From contig OZ218957.1 in NCBI GenBank assembly GCA_965112735.1, positions 3,224,001 through 3,288,000 of the forward strand: DNA of 64,000 bases. Reading direction: 5' to 3'. Source of the stretch: Phaeosaccion multiseriatum (Eukaryota > Protista > Ochrophyta, other classes). This document shows positions 57,807 through 64,000 of the stretch, in pieces (within the stretch, counting starts at the first letter, position 1; the number at the start of each line of letters is the position of its first letter). The position numbers were made by a program, and so were the translations under genes. The notes beneath the pieces were generated by a model. It was not told where the DNA came from. It did no database searches and saw only the letters and a list, made by a program, of their open reading frames with translations.

Positions 57807-60800
57807 CTATGATTCGTCGAAGACGTCGTCCTTGTACTCGTCCTCGTCGCCCCCTTCTTGCCCCCCCCCGGGGCTACTCTGCAAGCCCCTTCCCTCCTCA
57901 CCCTCCTCAGAAGGACGAGTGCTCTCTTCCTCTGTCTCTATATCCCTAGCTACTCTTCCCTTCCTACCCTCCCCCCCCCCACCAGCGCCACCGGTCTCCT
58001 CCGAGTCCGAGTGGTCTCCGGAAGAAGCCTCTTGCGTGGCGGATGGTGATGATGATGACGATGATGATAACGATGATGGCGTTGACACCTGCTCCTCCCC
58101 CTCCCCACCATGCTTGTCGGTGCCTTTCTTGCCCCTTGTGCCGCCTACTGCTGTGCTGCTGGCGGCAGTTCCGTCGTCGGATGAATCTGCTGCCACTGTA
58201 CCATCAACTGCTGCTGTTGGCGGCGACGACGGGGGTGAGGAGGATGGCAGCTGACGGACCTCGCTCTCGGGGCTGTGACTGCCCCTGCTGTCCGTCTTGA
58301 GTCCCAGTGCCGCCTTCTCCGCCTCGCTAAACGACTCGTCGTTCGAAGCCCGGGCAGTCCACGTCTGTTTCACACCAAGCCGCCAGGCAGGCACGCACGC
58401 AAGGAGGAGGAGCACTCAAGCGTGAGCTGAGCAAGGAGCGGATTGTCGCCTCGTCATCGTTCCACTCCTCTACTTCCGCCTTGTTGTTACCCTTGTTCTG
58501 CTTCTTCTTCTTGTTGTTGTTGTTTCGCTTCTTCGTCTTATTCTCTTTCCACCCTATACTTGATTGCGCTTCTCACCTGATCCTCGCCTCCGTGCTTACC
58601 CCTCCCTTGGCCACCCCGAAGAACCGAAGAGCTGAGCGTGCTTGCGAGTCCGGCCTTGCTCCCCTGCCGCTGCTGGCCGTGTAACTGCCCGTGTAACTGT
58701 CGCTGCCGCTGCTGCTCCGCCATGAGCTTGTCCTGCCTCTCAAAGAGGGCAGGTCGGGACAGCAGCGATTGCTCCAAGTGGGCTTTGTTCGCTGCTTGCC
58801 TGGGAAGGGGGTCAAGGCGAACGTAAGCAAGCAGACAGGCCAGCAAGTGAACAGGAGTAACGCAAGCATGCAAGCAAGTGAACAAGGGTTAGCTTCTGCT
58901 TGGTCCTTGCGCGTGACGGAAGGACAGAGGAGGAGCGAGACAAGAGGAAGAAGGAAAGGAAAGATTAGTGGAGGGAGAGAGAGAGGGAGGTACACACAAA
59001 GAGAGGGGGGGGGAAAGAGAGAGACACACACGCAGAGAGAGACAGAGAGAGAACGGGAGAGGGAGAGAGAAACATACAGAGAGAGAGACAGAGGGAGAGA
59101 GGGAGAGAGATACACACACACACACACACACACAGAGCGAGAGAGAGAGAGGAAGCGAGAGAGAGAAGAAATCACTTCCACCAACCCGAGAGGCTCCACT
59201 CACTCCCAGTGACACACACACACATACATGTCCAGGAAGGTCTGCCTGCTCTCCCTCTTCTTCTGCGCCACGAGCTCCTCCAGCGCCGCCCTTCGAGAGA
59301 GAGAAGAGTCGACTCGGAGACCTTTGCCTCTTGCGTGGTCCCGCAGGGCTTGGCGGAGAGAGGCCGACACTTCCTTGACGCGCGATAGGCGCTGTGCATC
59401 CTGTTACCAGGTACCAAGTAGGTAGGTAGGTAGGTAGGTAGGTAGGTAGGTAGGTAGAGAGGTAGGAAGGTAGGAAGGTAGGAAGGAAGGAAGGTAGGAA
59501 GGTAGGTAGGTAGGTGGGTAGGTAGGTAGGAAGGAAGGAAGGAAGGAAGGAAGGTAGGTAGGTAGGTAGGTAGGTAGGTAGGTAGCTGGGTCGGTAAGCA
59601 CGAAGGAGAGGTAGGGACTAGGGACGAGGAGAGCGAGAGCTTCTGCTGGGCGGGGCTGGGATGGATTTGCACACACGTGTATCGCCCCACCCACCCGCCC
59701 ACCCACGCACGCACCCACACCCGCACCCGTACGTACATTCTCTTCCTCCAACATTCGCAGGGCCTGTTCCTCCCGGAGCTTTCTCCGCACTTGCTCGGCC
59801 TTGCGGTCGCTCGCTCTCGTACCGCGGGGGGGAGGGAAGTTGTTCTCCATGAGCTTCGCCCACTGTGAGCGAGTGCGAGGCAGACCGTAAATGAGTAAGC
59901 CAGTAAAGGTGAGGCAGCCAGTAAGTCAGTTGGGGTGAGGTTGTCAGCGAGTCCGCGGGAGTGAGGCATCAGTAAGTAAACGGGAATGTGGCAGTCACTA
60001 CGAGCGGATCGACTCGCAGATATCCGCAGGTATACGGGCAGGCAGGCACACTCACACCCCAGCCAGGCAGTCCATGTATGTACCGCCACCGCTACTACCC
60101 ATCCACCCATCCGCTTATCCACCGAGCTACCTATCTACCCATTGACTTACTACCCACCCACCCACCCACCCACCTTGACCCGCTCCCTCTCCTTCTCCTC
60201 GTTCTGCTTGGCCCGCTCCTGCCTCTCCTTCTCCTCCCGCCGAGCCCTGCACTTCCTCTCGTGTTCCTTCTGCCTCATCTCAATGCCCTGCAAGCCTGGC
60301 TGCGTCGCCGCTACCGCCCTCTGCACTTTGCTCTTGCTTCTCTTGAGCTGCTCTTCCCACCGCTGCTGCTGCCTCTGGAGCCTCGCCGCTACTTGGTGAG
60401 GCTCCTCTGTCCTCCTCCCCTTCGCACCACTTGTACCACTTGTGGCGGTGGTGGTCCCACCCCTCTGTGCTGCTGCCGATCCTACGCCGATACTCTGACC
60501 CGAACCCTTGCCACCACCACCACCACCACCACCACCACCACCACCACCACCACCACCACCACCACCACCACCACCACCACCAGCAGCAGCAGTCACCCTG
60601 GCCGCCGCTGCTGCCGCCGTTGCCTCCACTGCCCTCTTTGCCTCGTGCTGTGCCATGCGGCGGGGTAGGGCAGAGCTTGCTGCGAGGCTCGCTGCTCGCT
60701 CTCTCTTGCGCTCCTCCCTAATCCTTTGCGCCTCCTCCTCCCTCTCTCTGATGCTCCTTCCGTTGTTCAGTCCCTGTACGGCCTTGGCGCGGAACTGCGA

Positions 60801-63286
60801 GCTCTTGCGCAGCTCCTAAACACGGCAAGTCCCATATGATTCCGTCCAGTGCCGTCCAGTGCCACCCAGTGCCGTGTGTGCCGTGCCGTGAGGAAGGTGA
60901 GTAGGTAGTGCGAGAAAGGAAGGTGGATGGGTAGTGCAGTAAGGAGGAAGGCCAGCAAGGTAAGCAGGAGACGTGACGACGTGAGAGGCAATGGACACGA
61001 GCGCGGAGACGACATACACCGCACTCAACTCACTCACCTCCTCCTCCCTCTCCTTCTTCTCCGCCTCCCTCTTTCGTCGCCGGTCCGCTGCCTCTTCCCC
61101 TCTCTTCAGCACTCCCTCCGGAGGGACTCCTGCCTCCTTCGCCCTCCTCGCCCGCTCCTTGTCTGCCTCCACCGCCTCCGCCTCGGCCTCCTCCTCCTTC
61201 CTCTTTTGCTCTCGGATCGCCTTCGCCCTTTGACTTGCGGCGGTCATGCTCCGCGCCATAACAGACTGCTTCGGTGTAGCAGGCCCACGGTCCTCGAGAG
61301 GGAGGGAGATTGTACGGAGTGGGGTTGCGGGAACACTCTCTGCAGGAATATTCTCAGGAACACTCTCTGAAGGAACACTCTCTGAAGGAACACTCTCGTC
61401 TCCGCCCTGCCTCTCAACCGCATCGCCCACCAGGAGCAATGGGACGTCTTCTTCTTGGTCTTGGTCATGGTCACGGACTGCCATCTTGGCCATACCGCCC
61501 TGCTCTTGGTGCTCCTGGGATGCCTGCCTGATGCAGCCACGCTCACCCTCACCCCCACTCTCACCTATTACCAATCGGTGCTGCTGCTGCTCCTGCTGTA
61601 TCACCAACTGCTGCTGCTGCTGCGGCTGCTGCTGCTTGGTGCGCCTCAGAGCACTCTCCAGCTTCCGACAGCGAGCTTCGAGCCTCCTCGCCTTGCTTTC
61701 CCCCTCCCGCCTCTCCCGCAGGAGCACCTCCATCGCCTCACGCTCCATGCCCTTCTGAACAACAGCGGCAGCGACAGAGGAAGGCGCTCTTCTCCGTGCC
61801 GCCCGCCCCTGCCCATACGCCTGCTCATACGCCTGCCTTTTCTCCTCCCCCTTGTGGATCCTCCTTTGCCAGCCGTGATCATCGTCCTCCTCCTCAACAC
61901 CCTTGTCATGGTTTCCGTCCTCCTGGTCCTTCAAGCTCTGATTCTCCTCTCGAAGCCGCAGCACCTCCTCACGCATACATCGAAGCTCTTGCCTGAGCCA
62001 CTCCGCGGACACATCACCATCTTCAGAGGGAGAGGAGGCTCGCCTACCTCCATCTCTACCTCCATCCTCATCTTCATCTTGATTTTGATACCGAAGCCCA
62101 TTTCGATCTCTATCTGTATCATTGCCCTGAGGTGCCATCTCCGTCTGCTCTTCCTCGGTGTCGTCTGCACGGTCTGTGTCCTCCCCTTCTTCGGTCCTCG
62201 GTCTGGATGATGTCCTCCTCTGTAATAGCGGCACTACACACGACTTGTCCACAGCCAGGGTGTCGTGCTGCTGTGAAGGAGACGGAGGAGAAAGAGAACT
62301 GGCGGCTCTGCTCCTCCTATTACCCGTGCCAGTGGCCTTGCTACTGCGCCTCTTGCTACTGATGCTACTGCTACTTCTGCTGCTGTTGTTGTTGTTGTTG
62401 TTGTTGTTTTTAGGTCTGAGGCGCGAGTGTGAGCCAGCGGCGGCGGAGTGAGCACTGCTCCGAGCCCGAGCAGGCGCTGTCTTTGGCCTTGTTGCGCCTC
62501 TGCTGCGGCCTGCTGCTGCTCCTTTCCTCTCGCCCTCCTCCTCGCCTCCTTCCGTTCTACTTGTGCTGGAAAGCCCCCCCGACACTGAAGCCGATAGTAC
62601 GGCGCCCTCCACCCTCATGCTTCTGGCAGTCATCCACGTCTGTGTGTTTGGGTCTCCATCCCAAAGCGAGGAGGAAGCTGCTCCTCTCGGAGAAAGTGAC
62701 GCTGGCCCTGCTCCAAAAGCGCTCTCTCCCGTGGCCCCTAGCCCTGAGCCTTGATCAAGGGAATTCTCTCTCGCAGACCTCCGGCAACCGCCGCCGGCCA
62801 CGTACTTGTCGCTCGCGTACTTTAGGCCCGGCGGTGTGCCTGTGGCTGGGGATCTGGGAGAGAGGACGCACTCTCTGTACGCCGCGTCTATGGCTTCGCC
62901 GTGGTGAAGCGGCCGGCGGAGCACACCCGTCTGGCTAGGGTTGGGGGTACCCCATGCCTAATTTTCAAAGCATGTGAGGGGAGGAAGAGTGAAGACCCCT
63001 CTTTATACTTCTTGGTCGGTTGATTTATTAATTTTGAAAACCATCCCAAGCTTACATCCTCTGTATCGCCTCTCACCTTCCGTACCCCTTTGCCGGCCCG
63101 TCTGATAGAGGCTTGCAGCGTCTTTGTCCTGAGCTCCTCCTCCCTCTGCTCGTCCTCCGAAAGCAGCTTCAGGCAGAGCAGCGGGCTCTCGTTTGCACCT
63201 CTGTCGCTCACGTAAAACGGACCATCTGCGGGAATCCCTGGCTGTCGGCACGCCGGTACAGCAGGGGCATACGAAGCTTCCACCAT
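57807..63286 (-). CDS. FAM161/UPF0564-like coiled-coil protein, paralog B
   Basis: Multi-exon (63286-~63078, ~62930-61038, ~60795-60176, ~59865-59757, ~59400-59230, ~58796-58578, ~58365-57807). It has colinear similarity blocks with the 41767-47607 protein, e.g. SSALPRRM ~ SRMPPRM and PALFERQD ~ PTLWERHD. Confidence 0.6.
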
Positions 63287-63866
63287 GTTACAAGTACTGC
63301 AGTGTAAAAAAAAAAAAGAAAAAATATAGTAACTGCTTCACGTGTTGGTTATATTATTTCTCTCACAGATGGCAAAATCTTTCTTTCACTCTTTCTCTCC
63401 TCTCCTTCTGGTGCTTCATTAAATTAACCAAAGACGCAAGAGATACGCGTGTGGCATTGACAACTCCTCCCAGCAACACCACCACTCTCCACGACACTTC
63501 ACTCCCTCTCCTCGGCTCTCTCATCTACCCTCTACGATTTCCATTTTTTCTTCTTCTCCCTTTCCTCGCACCTTTCCTGGCAAAACCAAACCACGCGTGT
63601 CCCCTTGACAGACCAGACCCCCCGACCTTCCCGAGTGAAAAGCATCTCACTCGCTCGTGTATCGCCTGTCCCCCCCCCAGCTGCCATACCCTCCCAAAGC
63701 CGCCTCCGCGACTGATGCACGAGGGAAGGCAATTGCCCTACTGTTTGCTTCTCTCCTCCTCAACCCTCAAGCCCAACCCAGAGCGACTGATCTACGACCG
63801 GTCTAGGACGAAGCCCTGTTTGTTGCTCCTCTCCTCCCTTCGTGCCCTTCCCCTTTGCTCCCCTCT

Positions 63867-64000
63867 TTAGACGACGCCCTTGCTCTCCTCAAGTTGGGTG
63901 GTCTTCGACTTGGTGTCCACCGGAGCTCCGCCCACCTGAGCGCTGCCCGCGGGGAAGAGGTTGGCGGGGATGCCTGATCGACTGCCGCTCATTTGTTCGT
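63867..64000 (-). CDS. Possible 3' end of a neighbouring gene entering from the right edge
   Basis: An open frame RTNERQSIRHPANLFPAGSAQVGGAPVDTKSKTTQLEESKGVV* is followed by UTR-like sequence. No recognisable motif. Confidence 0.3.
   Translation of the reverse strand, partial: EQMSGSRSGIPANLFPAGSAQVGGAPVDTKSKTTQLEESKGVV

Noticed and set aside
1-64000. tRNA, rRNA or autonomous transposon genes
   Set aside because: No cloverleaf, rRNA-like segment, reverse transcriptase or transposase motif was recognised by eye. A tRNAscan/RepeatMasker run would be needed to exclude them.

Overview
Intron-rich, microsatellite-laden eukaryotic nuclear DNA. It is most consistent with a photosynthetic stramenopile (ochrophyte): two genes carry bipartite signal+F plastid presequences, and one ankyrin protein has a brown-alga-type '[12 protein letters not shown]' motif. 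About 16 genes or gene parts can be assembled from GT-AG exons: a METTL13/EEF1AKMT4-like methyltransferase (5' exon only), mitochondrial PDH E2, a NEK kinase, a selenoprotein W, SIN3, an ankyrin protein with a GW-repeat/QH tail, a decayed Cys/His zinc-finger-repeat pseudogene, PSMG3, plastid TPI, an Stc1-like zinc-finger protein, a DUF2061 protein, a ZCCHC17-like S1/CCHC protein, two diverged FAM161-like paralogs, an intronless divergent FNIP / ankyrin-like pair with F-box-like N-termini, and a CAP-domain membrane protein. The main observations: (1) the selenoprotein is invisible to the ORF track; it has an in-frame TGA in CGGU and a candidate SECIS in its 3' UTR. (2) A non-simple 14-mer, GTATCACCAACTGC, occurs 8 times exactly, on both strands, in introns and inside exons in three different reading frames; two other motifs behave similarly. 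(3) There is an intronless, giant-virus-like F-box/repeat gene pair. All gene models were built by eye and no database searches were run.
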